Below, piece after piece: positions 25,469 through 38,200 of a stretch of 59,499 nt of DNA (position 1 is its first letter; the number at the start of each line of letters is the position of its first letter). The stretch covers positions 1-59,499 of the forward strand of contig DF237491.1 in NCBI GenBank assembly GCA_000708835.1. Direction: 5' to 3'. A program made the translations under genes and the position numbers. The notes beneath the pieces are model-generated. The model made no database searches and was not told where the DNA came from. It was given only the letters and a program-made list of their open reading frames with translations. Source of the DNA: Klebsormidium nitens. Taxonomy: Eukaryota > Plantae > Klebsormidiophyceae.

Positions 25469-28400
25469 CGTCAGGATTGACGTCAGCCGCCGCCCGGAAC
25501 GGGCGGCAGATCTTATGTCCGAGGTTGCTTGTGCGTTGACCGGCCAACCAAAAACAATGCGCCACGTTCGCTTTTCCTTGGAACCAGCGACTTTCCCGTG
25601 TCTCTTTGGAACGAGGTCGCGCGACTACTGGAAATAGCATGCAGCCCAGATCATAAAGCTGTCAGTATTGGGATGAGAAAATTGTTCTGTCGGAGAACAG
25701 TCGAGCTGTGCCACTTGAGTAACCAGTAGATTGAGCGAACGGACCAATATGTAACTGCACCGACGTGGATGAGAGAGAGAGCGACTTCCTGAGGCGTTGA
25801 AAGTTCGTCAGAACGTCAAGGCGTTGCAATCAGATATGGAACCCCGCATGCGATTCAATGGTGCCGACCACGAGCCGCACAGTGCGCAAGAAGTGATCAG
25901 AGTTTTGTAGAACCAATCGCCAGGATATGGTCTCCGAAATAGTACGTCCACAAGTAAAACCAGTCGACCCTTCTCTTCAACGAGTTGCAAATGATGAGAT
26001 CAAGATCGATCGACGGCTCACTTGCAAAACGAGGGATACGCGATCTTAAAATGGGCGATCAGTCAGACCTTGTGCTCTGACAACCCTTTGAGTCTGTCTA
26101 CGTCGCCAGTCAGGAGGTCTATTTTATGGACAAATGCAGGAGAAGAGAGATCGTCCGGGCCAGGCAGTCGTCTTGAGTACCTTATTGTCAATCGGGAGCT
26201 GGTGAACCCTAAAAATGGGTGACACAAGTCGTCACACTTCTTGCAAGTGTGGTGTGTCAACGGCATGTTGGATCCTATCTTTGCGTGCGTGACATCTATA
26301 TGTACTGGGTCAAGCGGCCGTGCTTCGTCCTTGCATTTTGAGGTTGGCATTGATACAGTGGTTGTCAGTATCAGTGTACGTCAGTCACCCGGATAGTGCT
26401 ATTGGAAACAACACTAGGGCTTCAGTCGCATTTTGGCTGTGCCTCAAATTGAGTACCTGCCAAAACGCCGACCAATAATACTGGCAGGAGCATCCGTCCA
26501 TTCATCAGTACTTCCATTCAGAACGAAGGCAGTAGATTTGACGCCTGAAAAGCTCATGTGCTTGAAGTCAACTAACGGGCAGTAAACTTATGATCTATGG
26601 ATGCAGCAACTATGTTTCCTGGTAGTAAATGCGCAATCAAACGCAACAAAGCAGCTCAACCTCAAGGCAGCTAGCTAATCAACCCCGTCACGGGTATAAC
26701 TGAGGTGCACTTCTAGTCACTGCCCTCAATTACAAGGCCGCGAAATGACTTCGTGCAACCGTAAAGTAATACTTCACATTAGATATGTAAGCAGTACGGG
26801 GCTACTCCATGCAGCTTGATCAAAAAGGCTGCACAACATTGGATAAACTTGTAGAACGTCAAAACTGGTCAATGTGGCAATCTCAACTCTTGAGACGATG
26901 TTGGGCGCTCTGAAACAATCTTGGATTCCTCAACGTCGTTGGATTATCCCAACCTGCAATAATAGAACGTGACTCAACAGACCCAAAGCTGCACTCGAAT
27001 TGTACCCAAATTCTTGACGTTCAAGAGGACCACGATTCTTTTGCCAACTTTGCAGCTGCACGTGTCTTCCGTATCCGAATTCGAGATGCTGAGACAGACC
27101 TAGTATATATCTGGGACTCTCTAGAGTCAACGTTTAGCCGTTTTCCGGGACTTTTGACATTTCTATATATTGCGTAATCAACCATGCATTGATCGAATAT
27201 AACTTGTACTCGATGTAATCTTAGGTGTTGCTGCAGAAGTATGATAAAAGCAGAATCGCAAGTCGTCGTCAAAGCTACTGTCTAGGAGTGCAGAAAAGGC
27301 CTTGAACTAATACTCAGACAGAGAGTATCCCGTCCTAATTCACTACTGCAGCTGATCTTTCGATCTCCAACGCACACACACACACGAGCCCGGTATAAAT
27401 GGGTCGGTAAAGCCAACGTCCGTTTGCAGTAGTAGGACCTAGCTGTAGTATGAACTTTGATTGAAAGTGCCCGCCCGGGGGCCCCGCGCGGCGCGGTGTT
27501 CGCTTAAAAGCAATCATTGCGGATGATGATCATGATTCATGACGCTCAAGCCCTCACGTGTCTCATGCATGTCAGTTAATGCTTGCCAAAACATGGTTAA
27601 CCGAGAAGCCATATGGCGAGAGATCGGAATACCCCAACTTCAGACATACGGTATAATCACATACGGTCAGCTGCCCCGAGCATTTGTGCACACTGCAATA
27701 GGAGGAGCTGGCCGCTAGCTGCTCGCAGCTCGACACTGTAGCTGCTAGGTATATCAGTTCTAAGCGTTTCGGACCAATTACATACCGTATATGACACTTC
27801 ACAAAAAGTTGGGCTCGGGAGAACGTAACTTGAGACCTGGCAACCCAAAACCAAGGTCATATATAGCACATACCTAACCAATACTTGATGTGCCTACAAA
27901 TTTGGCAACCGCCTTATGACGCACTCGCGAAGCGGGACCGTTACGATATGGTGCTGAAGGAAAGCCCACGTGGTACTTTGGCGTCAACTTCGTGGCAGCT
28001 TGAGAACACAAACAAACACGCCGGGAAGTAACTGCGCCCCTTCCCTACCGGTTGGTTCCACTTGGCCCTTGCAAAGCCACGAACCCAAAATCTTCATCGG
28101 ACCGGTTTGCAAACCGTTTGGCGCCCCCATCGCCGCGCCACCAGCCTGGTCGTTGCAAGTCGTTCGCAACCACAGCCTCAGGCACAGATTGGAGGTTGGC
28201 AGTCTCTACATAAGAGAATCTCACCGCGACGCTTCACAGCCACAGTGGTTCTAGCTTCCAGAGCATGTCTTCTTTGGGTAGGTACCAAGTTTGGCGCCTT
28301 CTTTTGTGGTAAGAAAAGTGCTCTTGATGGCCTTCCGTGTGCAGAACTAATTCCAATCCGTGTGGAAAGTAGATAGGTGGTTGTGTGTATGTTTGCGGGG

Positions 28401-29295
28401 CTCGTGAGCATTGCGGAAGCATTGACGGCCTCTGGTGCTTTCACGAGAGCTCGCGAATGTGGAAAGATGGATCCAAGCGAACCTAGGGACTCCTTGGAGT
28501 AGAGTTTAGCGGGGGCTTCCAAAATGGTTGCGAGTTCTGCTGGTCAACCTGTGGCCAGGCGGTCAGGGTCAGACGAAGGTCGGAGGTATGGTCATGACTC
28601 TAGGTTGGACCTTCTTCTTGGACGATTGTCTCTGACAAGGTCCAATCAGGGTGCTTTTAGAATGTGAAAACGCTGCAGATGGGTTTGTGATAAGCCACTG
28701 GGCAGCTTCTGTTTTCTATGGGCAAGAAAAGTGTCGGGTGGGCCAAACTTCTCTCCCCATGACTGTGACAGAAAAGAGCTCTGCATATGTGCTTGTGGGC
28801 TGCTTGAAGCAGCTCAAGGTTTTTGGCAGCCCTTCTGATAGGCCAGTAGCATGAACAACTAGACGAATCAGAACAATCATGCTTAGCTCTTGCCACCATC
28901 TGACTTTCGGCAGGCACGCTTCACAATCTTCTAGAGATGCTATCAACATACGTGGAACTCCTGACGCGGACAGTCTGATGACGCTAGCATATAGGTCAAC
29001 AAAGCACCTCTTCAAGAATCTCTTCAAGTTGTCGCACCAAAGACTGGTAGGACCGCCCTAGTGACGTCAGCATGATTGCGAGGCCTCTTGCAACCGACCG
29101 CTGGAACCAAAGCCCGAACTTGTACAGGCACCAAACTCACTTTGCCCATAGCCAATTTCTATTTCCTCTCTACTTTTCACTTGTCCTCCCCCGGGCTTGC
29201 AATCTGAGCACACTCCCAGGCTCCCATAGAAACCCCCTCATGGCTCATTGCAAAACATATGTTGTTTTCATTCCACCAGCGAACCTGCCCCCACA

Positions 29296-32200
29296 ATGGA
29301 GGGATCCCTTTGGCAGCGGCTGTGCCGGCGGTATCACCGCCAGCTGTACCTGCGCTATCTCATGTACTTGTGGTGCGCGGTAGCGCTCGCGGGGGCGGCA
29401 GTCACTTTTGTCCTGGTAAGGGGGCCAGCTTATCAGAAAAGTTATTCCTCCCAATTTTGTCCAAAGTTGTCCAAAGTGAAAGTCGTGAATGTTGAGGTTC
29501 AACTGTTGGACCTCGCTTTGGGCAACAGCATTTTGCGGCGATTGCATACTGCGGCGATAGCGGTTATGTCCCATTGTGAGACTGCGTGTTTGCGTTGTCC
29601 CTGGGTTAGGCTGTTGTTTTGTTCTGATCCAAAGGGGGCAGATTATGCTAATGCCTCCGCTGTTGAACAACTTCGTCGTATCAGCCCAACGGGGAGGGTT
29701 TCTTTGCCGTATGTCAATGTGGGCAAGTCAAGCCCAGAGAAATTGAACTACTGCTGGGCTGACGCGACGCAGGTCTTTGAGATGGACAAGCACAACAGCT
29801 ACAGTGTACTGAAGCGGACCTGCAAGGACATAGCCACACACTTTGAGGTAAGGACAAATAGAAAAGTGGTTGCGGCCATCAAAACAAAACCCTAATCCGC
29901 CGCCTGATGGCAAGAGCATGATAGATGCAATTGGTCATCCGTCACGTTTTCTTCATTTTCTTCTTGAAGTCAACCTCCAAGTGTCTCCTTTGTATGCAGC
30001 TCGTTCACTGCTTTGTACGTGTTCAGTTTACATGCTCATCCTCACTTGTTAGCATTATGATGGATTCAGACAGAAAGCGTGTTGCACTTTGACCGGCGCC
30101 GCCCTTGTCAGCGGCCTTATCGTTGACCCAGGATCCATACAGGTTCACTTGCGACCAGAAGGATCTGGGGCTCCTTTTCCAGCTGCAGTCAATGTGCCAC
30201 TCTCATGGCCGCGCCTGCTCTCTCTTTGATTTTAGGCGAAGCAGTTAAGAATTGCAGATAACAACCCCATAACCACCACAGGATGGGAGCAGTTAGTCTG
30301 GCAATCCACAATGTCGCCCTAGGAAGTCAGTGTCTCTGCATTTCTTTTATCTTTATCCGAAGGGCATCTTCGGTTTGCAGACGTCGCTGTATCAGCAAGT
30401 GGACGCGGCGCGCATCTTCATCGGGTTCATCTGGGCGTCTCCGGGCACTGTCAACCTCACGAGCTACACCAACTTTGCGGTTGCGACCGCGTTCCAGCGC
30501 ACGGTGGTCAAGGCGATTATCTACCTGAAGTATGTGCCGGGGGCGCAGCGCAGCGAGGTGAGGGGCTCTTAGAGGCCGGATGCCAATTCACGCCGTTTGG
30601 GCGCATGGTAATCTTAGGATTTTGTTGCAGGGGCTCGTTGCAGTCGTCAGGTTTTGGGACCTTTGCTAGGAAATTTTGTCGGGGTTCCGTTGGCAGGTTT
30701 AGTCCCCAGTCAGATTGCTCTTACATAATGGTGGGAACATAGGCACATACATGTACATGCGTCTTCCTCAAGGGCTTAGCGGTCAAGCCATGGACCCGAA
30801 ACGCAAGTACAACAGGCGATGGGCTAAGGTGTTTGTCTCTAGACCACAACTAGCCCAACTGCACACAAGAAGGTTTTTACACCATTGAGCATGGCACAAA
30901 CCGGCTGCCAGAATCGTGTTAGACGTTAGAGATTAACCCATTGGTGGGTTAGCAAGCTTGAAGCCTGGTTACATGTAAATTGCATCGGGGCTGAGGTTGG
31001 GTTGCTGTGACAGACCTTGCTAGGTGTACCTCTGCAAGACATGTCCGGTGCTTCTCTGCTTTCTAATCCAGGGTTAGGAACCCAGGTTATGGTGACTGTG
31101 AAACCAGCATGCCCTGGGAAGGGGCAATGTCGGCAGCAAACGGGTCCTCAGAATAAAGTTCACAATGTTAATGTAATGTGGGCACGGCTTGAATTTGGCC
31201 TCTTTTTCACCTAGAAAATTTAAGAAGCGGAAGTGAGATTGATAGGACGTCATAACACAATCAAGATGTTGTTCCGAGCCATCTTGAGATCCATCCAGGT
31301 CAGAAAATTTGAGCGTTGAATAAATCTTCGGAACGTCGAAACCGTTTTTCCCCATCATTTTCTGTCACTGAGAATGAGGGGGATTTAGAATCTTTGTTCA
31401 TGGTGAAAAGCGGGAGAGTCTTATGCTTGCTCACGTGTTGTTTTCTGGATAGGTGGAGCAACAGTTGGGGTACAACTTCACCCAATTGGGTGCCCTCGCT
31501 GGAGTTGGGAATGTTATCCTTGAGCCGAGGAACGTCTCTGCCGAGTATGCAGTACTCCAATTTTTCAACGTGAGTACGCTGTATTTTCCCCCGGTGAATC
31601 TGTTGCAAGCTTTGCGAAATAATCGTCTCGCTTGCTGGCGATTGATGGGCCTGGTTGGAAAGTCGCAAAGTTTGAGGGTTTTTGGATATTCAAGGAGAGA
31701 TGTATTCTGCGGATAATGCTGGTTCAGAAAGCAAAAGGAATGGTGCCAGAGCCAAAGGCTTCTCTTAAAAAGTTAAGAGAAGCCTGGAACGTGCTCTTCG
31801 GGCTAGGAGCAAGATCAGAGGCTGGAGTCCTTGGTTCAGTTGCACCCTTATTTGGAATCACTTTGTCTCAGAAAAAACATTTTCTCTTCAGTGAGCCTGC
31901 TCAACGGTTCACAAGCAGATGACAAGCCCACAACGGGGCTCCAAAAGCATTGGGTGACGTGGGCACTTCCCGTGCTACGTCAGCAACTGCTCTTGCTGAC
32001 GTCATGAATGCCATCTGTTTCAGGTGCGGGAGAGACCGGCGGTTCCTGTGGGGTTTGACACCATGTCTGACATCCGCCAAACCATAGCCCTGGCCAAGTG
32101 AGCCCCCTGCCCCCTCTCGCTGTCCTTCTGCGGCCCCATTGCAGCTGTGTATGTTTCTCCCTTCGGGCCGCTGCTTCCACTCACATGTCCTTTCGAAAGC

Positions 32201-35200
32201 TACAGCAATTCTTTGTGGAAAAGATTCTGGTGGGCGCGTGGAAAGTTACTCAAGGCCGGTTTCTTGGCACTAGACCAGCCCGAAGAGGGCATAGCGTTGT
32301 ATAATTCCATGCGCATGCCAGCAGTTGTTGTGTCCATGGAAAGCGTTAGCATCCTACCTGACCAAGCAAAGATATAGATCACTGTTGAATGCAAAAGCCA
32401 ACCATCATTCTCGTTTAGACGGCGGTCCTTCATCGACCGTTGTGGATGTTGGTGAATGTCCGTCACTTTTGCTTGCATGCAGAATCCATCACCTACAACC
32501 CCGGTCCAGAAAGCAGGTCATTCATCGACAACGGCCGCCACTCTAGATCGCATTGTTTTCAAGTCGAGTCGATTTTGATCCCCATTCTTCGACACTTTAA
32601 GGATTCACAAAGGACTCTCTTCATCCTAGGCTCGGCTTGTGCTTGCAGTGCTCGGGACTGCGGGGACGTGGGCTTCACTCAGCCGCAGCGCTTTGCGAGC
32701 GGCCTTTCTGGATTCTTTGGGATGTTCCCGGACTATGGCCTTCTCGATCTCGCCATACCAGTCAACGCCACTATCGATCAGGTACAGCGGTGCGGTCATA
32801 CTTGCCGTTCAATTTGTCAAAGATTTGGCTGCGGCTGCATGACCGTAGGTCGTACTAGTACTCGTTCGAGGATCTGCAAATCCGGGTCCAAAGTTGAGAA
32901 CAAACTTCTGTGACTGTTTGAGTTGAGAAGCGGTCGTGTCCAAAGTTTGAGAACAAACTTCTGTGACTGTTTGAGTTGAGAAGCGGTCGTCAGATGCCAA
33001 CAGGCAGCGTCGGATGACAGATCCTGGGTGAGGCTGTCCGGTTGTCACGAGCTCAAGGTCAAGGAGTCCGAATTCGAAGGAAGGCTACTGGGAACAAGTA
33101 TCGGTACCGTGCTGGCGACCAACCGACTCGTGTATCTCCTTTTCAGTCGCCCAGAATGCCCGTTTGCCCCATTTTAGCTTTCCAACAGTTGCATGGGGAT
33201 GCGCCAGATTGCCACGTGGTTGAAGGCCCGCGTACAAATCCACTGTGCAGCGGCGAGCGGGTATCCAGGGGTGGGTCGGGGCGCAGTTCACGGTGAATCA
33301 GTTGGCGGACGATGTGCTTAAGCAGCTGAGGGGTCAGGGCGACGGGGACAACGTCAAGTGAGCGCCGCAAAACCCGTCCAGTCTGACATGATAGGTTGTA
33401 GTTGTAAATAGTCCTTTGGTTGACCAGAAGTATGGAAACAGTGAGGCGTTTTACATGAAAGGTGGTTTGCCGGCGGTAAGTGCTGACTTACCGCGCACTG
33501 TCACGACTAAACTTGTACCGCCTAGACTTATCGTGGGCTCGTCGCGATCGGCCTTTTACATGGTCCGAGGGTACGTCGATGGTAAGTCCCGATTGAGGGC
33601 AAATCCGCACTCATTTCGGACTTACCACGACTTACCACGGTTTACCTCATCGATTTTGATGAGTTGAATCGGGCCCTACTTTACCGTCGGTAAAGTCGAC
33701 TTACCACGGTAAGTCGCTACCATGTAAAAGGCAAGCCGTGGTAAGTTGGTAATTCGACCTACCGTCGGGGCTTTACCCTCCATGTAAAACGCCTCAGTAT
33801 TCAGTAGACTGGTATAGCACACGCCTGTCAGGAGGTTTCGAAGCTAAGCTGCTTCTTGTGGGCAGATTCGGGTGGAAAAGAAGTGGAGAAGAAAGGTTGG
33901 GAAAGAACAGCAAGGGAGCAACGGGGAAGGAGGGCAAGAGGATAGAGAGCAGATTCGTTTACGCACTTTTCACGAAGTCCGTGCACATACTCGGGTTATG
34001 TAGGGTCAGAAGCTGGAACCAAATAGTCAGGAAGGTCGGTCGGGAAGGTCAGCGTTGTCTGACCTGCTGCTAGAGTTGCCCACCGTCGGCAACCTGCACG
34101 ATTGCGCTTCTACGGATCTTTCTTGGAGACGAAGCTCCTGGTACTTGGTATTCGGCACAACGCTGAAACCCCTAACCCCCTTAGACCTTAAAATCCTTAG
34201 TCTCAGAAAACGAGCGCACTTCCGGAGATAAGTGCTGACGGATTCGAAGCAAGCTGATCTGCGCCACTTGCTTGCAGGATCTGGATCTACGACGTGTCGC
34301 CGCAGTACGGCACCGGCTTCAACGACGGCCTCCTCTTTGGCGACGCAAACCACTTGCACTTTGAGCACACCGAAGCATTTTCTGCGGGGGTCCGGGAGTA
34401 AGTGGCAAAGGCCCTTCGTTTAAAGGAAGTCTTAAGGTTCCTGGAATCTACGTCGGTTTTGATTGAGTGTGTACGTTTCCGGGGCCTTGCTACTTCGCAC
34501 AGACTCTGCTTTTAGGGGCAGTTCGAGTCTTGTTGGGAAGATGGGCTACTATTACTCGATCATGTCACTTCGGGCATTTTTGTCGCGAGTTGCACCTCTC
34601 GAAGTATAACAGCAGGGGTCATTTGTGATCGCTTCCACGATCCACCAAAATTTAGGGCGGAGCGACGTGAGGAGCGTTACTTCCTTGTGGCTTCTCGGCG
34701 TCTGCTGACCCGCAAAGCCAGCATCGTAGTCGCCGCGAAAGTGCCCACGTGGTCAAGGTCGGGGCGACCAACCAGACGCGCTCGGGGCCTTGTGATCGCC
34801 TGCATTACCGTTTCCAGTACGTTTCATTTGACCAATTCGCTGCTTGCGCGGTGCAGTTACGAGGTGCGGTGCAACCGGGGCATCAGCAACCGGGACCTGG
34901 TTCTGCACCCCTTGGGCTGGTCAGCGCTGGTGGTGGTTCTCGGTTTCCTCGCCGGGTTTATTCTTTTGCTCACAGTTAAGGTGAGGTTTCAGGCTGAAAT
35001 GTTCTCAGGCTTTCTGGAGTTTCAAATCGTTTACGTTTTCTAACACTGAGCAACTGCCCAGTGTTTGGGTGCCGGGCTGGAAAGATTTTCAGTGGTTTGA
35101 ATTGCACGCACCTTTCAGACGAGTATCAGGCTTGTCAAACGACGGCAAAGCCCCGAGCTGCGTATAGCACATGCTGCCTCAAAATGAAAATCTCGATCCC

Positions 35201-38200
35201 TTTTGGGCTGAGGGCTGAGAAGAGTTATTGTTCTCATGCAAGCGAGTCATTGAGGACGTACATGTCCACGCTTGCCAGCAAACGTTAGCTTTGGCGGAAA
35301 TTTTCACCTATGCATGGCCTTTCCTAGACGGCAGTGCCTCTTTTAGCAGCAGAAGAAATTGTGCTCGGAATATCGAACTCTTCCTCTACCAAGGCAGGCG
35401 ATTCACGTGGTGCCACGTGTCTGCTGATGCAGAGAGCGGAGGAGGCCGAAAAGAACCTGCACCGGATGGAGCGTCTGAACGGAGAGATGGGCCAAGCCAA
35501 GGCGGCCGCAGAGGCTGCTGACGTGGCCAAGACCTACTTCCTGCAGAACATGTCGCACGAGCTTCGCACGCCCATGAACGGAATGATTGGTGAGTTGCTT
35601 CGCCGTTTGGCATCAACCTCGCCCTTTCCCTCAGTTGAAAGAAAGGATTCATGAGCTATCTATCTGCCAACGGATCTGGGCTCTGGGAGCTTTGTAAGCA
35701 AATGTTTGAAGATTGAAATTGAGGCTAGCTTTGGAGCGGAGTTTTCAGCTCTGCTCGGGCTTATGGAGTCGTCTTATGCTCCTCAAACCCCCCAAAATTT
35801 ACACTCACATGATCGTCCCAGGTTGGAGGATTGTGAGTTCGGGGCATGCTGTGTGAGCCCACCCATAACGTCACCTTTGGTGTAGGCGTGACGAAGTTGC
35901 TGCTGGGCCAGGGGTGGTCGCGCAGCAGCTGACCAGTTCAGCTTGCGACGTCACGAAAGCATTGCCCCAGATCCGTCAGATGGCATCCTCATCCTTTCAA
36001 AATTTTGTGACGTCACCTTTGGTGCAGGCATGACGAACTTGCTGCTAGGCACGGAGCTGGACGCGCAGCAGCTGGACTACGTCAAGACGGCGCGCGCGAG
36101 CGGGAACGCGCTCTGTTCGCTCGTCAACGACTTTTTGGACCTGTCCAAGATCGAGGCGGGCAGGATGGAGATCGACTCGCTGCTCTTTGACGTACGGACG
36201 GAGCTGGACGATGTGCTGGGGCTGTTTGAGGAGAGGTGAGCGGAGAATCGAGAATGAGTTTTGAGGGCAGTCTGTCTCGCTTGGTTATATTCGTGTGACT
36301 CGCTCTCGGTTTTGGGATTTTTGGGGCTCCCTCTGTGAATGGTTCCCTCAATCGGGCGTGGGTTCTTTTCAGTAGCGGGTAGGTTAGGCAGGGAGAATGC
36401 ACAAGTCTGTTGCTGCGGAATGTCAGGTAGGTATCGTTGGATCCACCAGACGCTTGTATGGCTTTGGATAAGAGACAAGGTCTGCTGACCGGACGTTTGG
36501 GGGTTTGTGCCTCTCCATCATGTTGTTCTTCTTCGAAGGCCTCACAACAGGAGCGACATCCGCAACTCCCTCCTGACCGCAGAGCTGTAGCCGGATCCTT
36601 TCTTTTTTTGCATCTTAAACAGGACGCGGCAGAAGAACCTGGAGCTGGCGGGGCTGGTTCAGGAGTGCGTTCCGGAGTTGGTTCTGGGCGACCCGGGGAG
36701 GATACGACAGGTGCTGATCAATCTGGTGGGGAATGCCGTCAAGGTGAGTCGCAGGCTGGCATAAGAAACCTGTGTCCGGGGCTTTGAACCGGTCATTTGG
36801 GTCTTTGGTTCGCTCGTTGCTCGTACGTCCTTCCACCCTCGGTTACCTTGGATCCGTCTATTTTGAGGCTCGGTGGCCCGAGAGCATAGACTCTTGTTCT
36901 GCGCAAAAGGCTCGTGCCGGCTCGATCAAAGAGAGCAGACTTGCATCTTAACTGGTTGCAAGCGGTTTGAATCGGATCTCTACAGGTCCGTTGTCCACGT
37001 CTGGCATCGCTGATAGGGACACAGACAAAGTCTTCATGTTCAAATTCGCCTCTCTGCTCACTAAATTCTGCTTGCAACGTGCAGTTCACAAAGTCGGGGA
37101 GCGTGTTTGTGTACGTCCGAGTCGAGACTTTGGACGACGAGCCGGGTCCGGCGTCCGAATCGCATGCAATCACCATCGAGCCCGCCCCCGCCGATCGCCC
37201 GTCAACCGCCGCCGAATTCAGAGACGAACGGCAGCTGTGTCCGAGCAGCTCCGGGGCCAAGTGTGAGGTGCATGACATCAGCGAGGCCCGGAGTGACGTC
37301 AGCGGGCGGGCGGGTGCGAACAAGCGGAGCCGGCAGGAGACAGCGGAGGTCAGCGGGAGAGGGGAGAACGGATCGGAAGGCGGACGGGCGTCGAGGAAAA
37401 AGAGGTGTCCATGTCTAAGGCGGGGGGACGACTGGGAGGGGCCTTTGGAGGAGGAAGCTGATGAAGGAACGAAAGCGGGGGGGCAGAGTCCAGGGGGCTA
37501 CGTGCGGGAAGTGGACCCCCCCATCTCGTTGCGGCCAGGGGCGCAAAGCAACCTCGAAGCGTACAGGTGGAACCAGTAGTCCTGCGATTCCGCCTGCGAA
37601 GGCAGCGAACTCTTGGCAGGAATCTTAAAAGCGATGTTATTTGCGGTGTGACTCTCGTCCCGTTTTTGGAAAGACGTTGTGCAAGAGCTGCTTGCGATGT
37701 CTGGACGGTTTTGAGTCTGATTATGGCGGGAAGGGCTGTTTTCATTCATCTATCTGTTTCAGAGAAGAAGTCTTAAGGTGCCGTCGCGAAGGCTGCATTT
37801 GACTTCTGCCTTTTGTTAGAAAAAGTAGGATGTTCCTGAAAACGGGTTCTTGGGGCTCTTCATGCCTCCTCTGGTCAGCTAATGCTGAACGCCTGCACTG
37901 ACAGAAGCACGATGCGGTTCGGTCTGCTGCCCGGGTGTTTTTAGACAGCAGCTGACACCTGTGCATGCGTGCAGGCGGGCTGGTGACGACGACCAGATAA
38001 GGTCGCCCGTCTACCAACAGAGCAGACGGATCCGGCTTGTCGTATCCGTAGAGGACACAGGTATGTCTTCAGAGTTGCAATCCGTGTCCCTGAAAGTTTG
38101 CTTCACCTCGGATTGAAAGCAAGTGTTTGTTGAACCCTCCGTGTCCCTGAAAGCAAGTATGTCTTGAACCCTCATTCTCCCAAGCAAGCACGTATCTTTT

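Noticed and set aside
37085-37566. About 150-aa low-complexity insertion within the kinase ATPase region
   Set aside because: A variable insertion between FTKxG and EDTG is usual in AHK-family kinases, so it is not novel.
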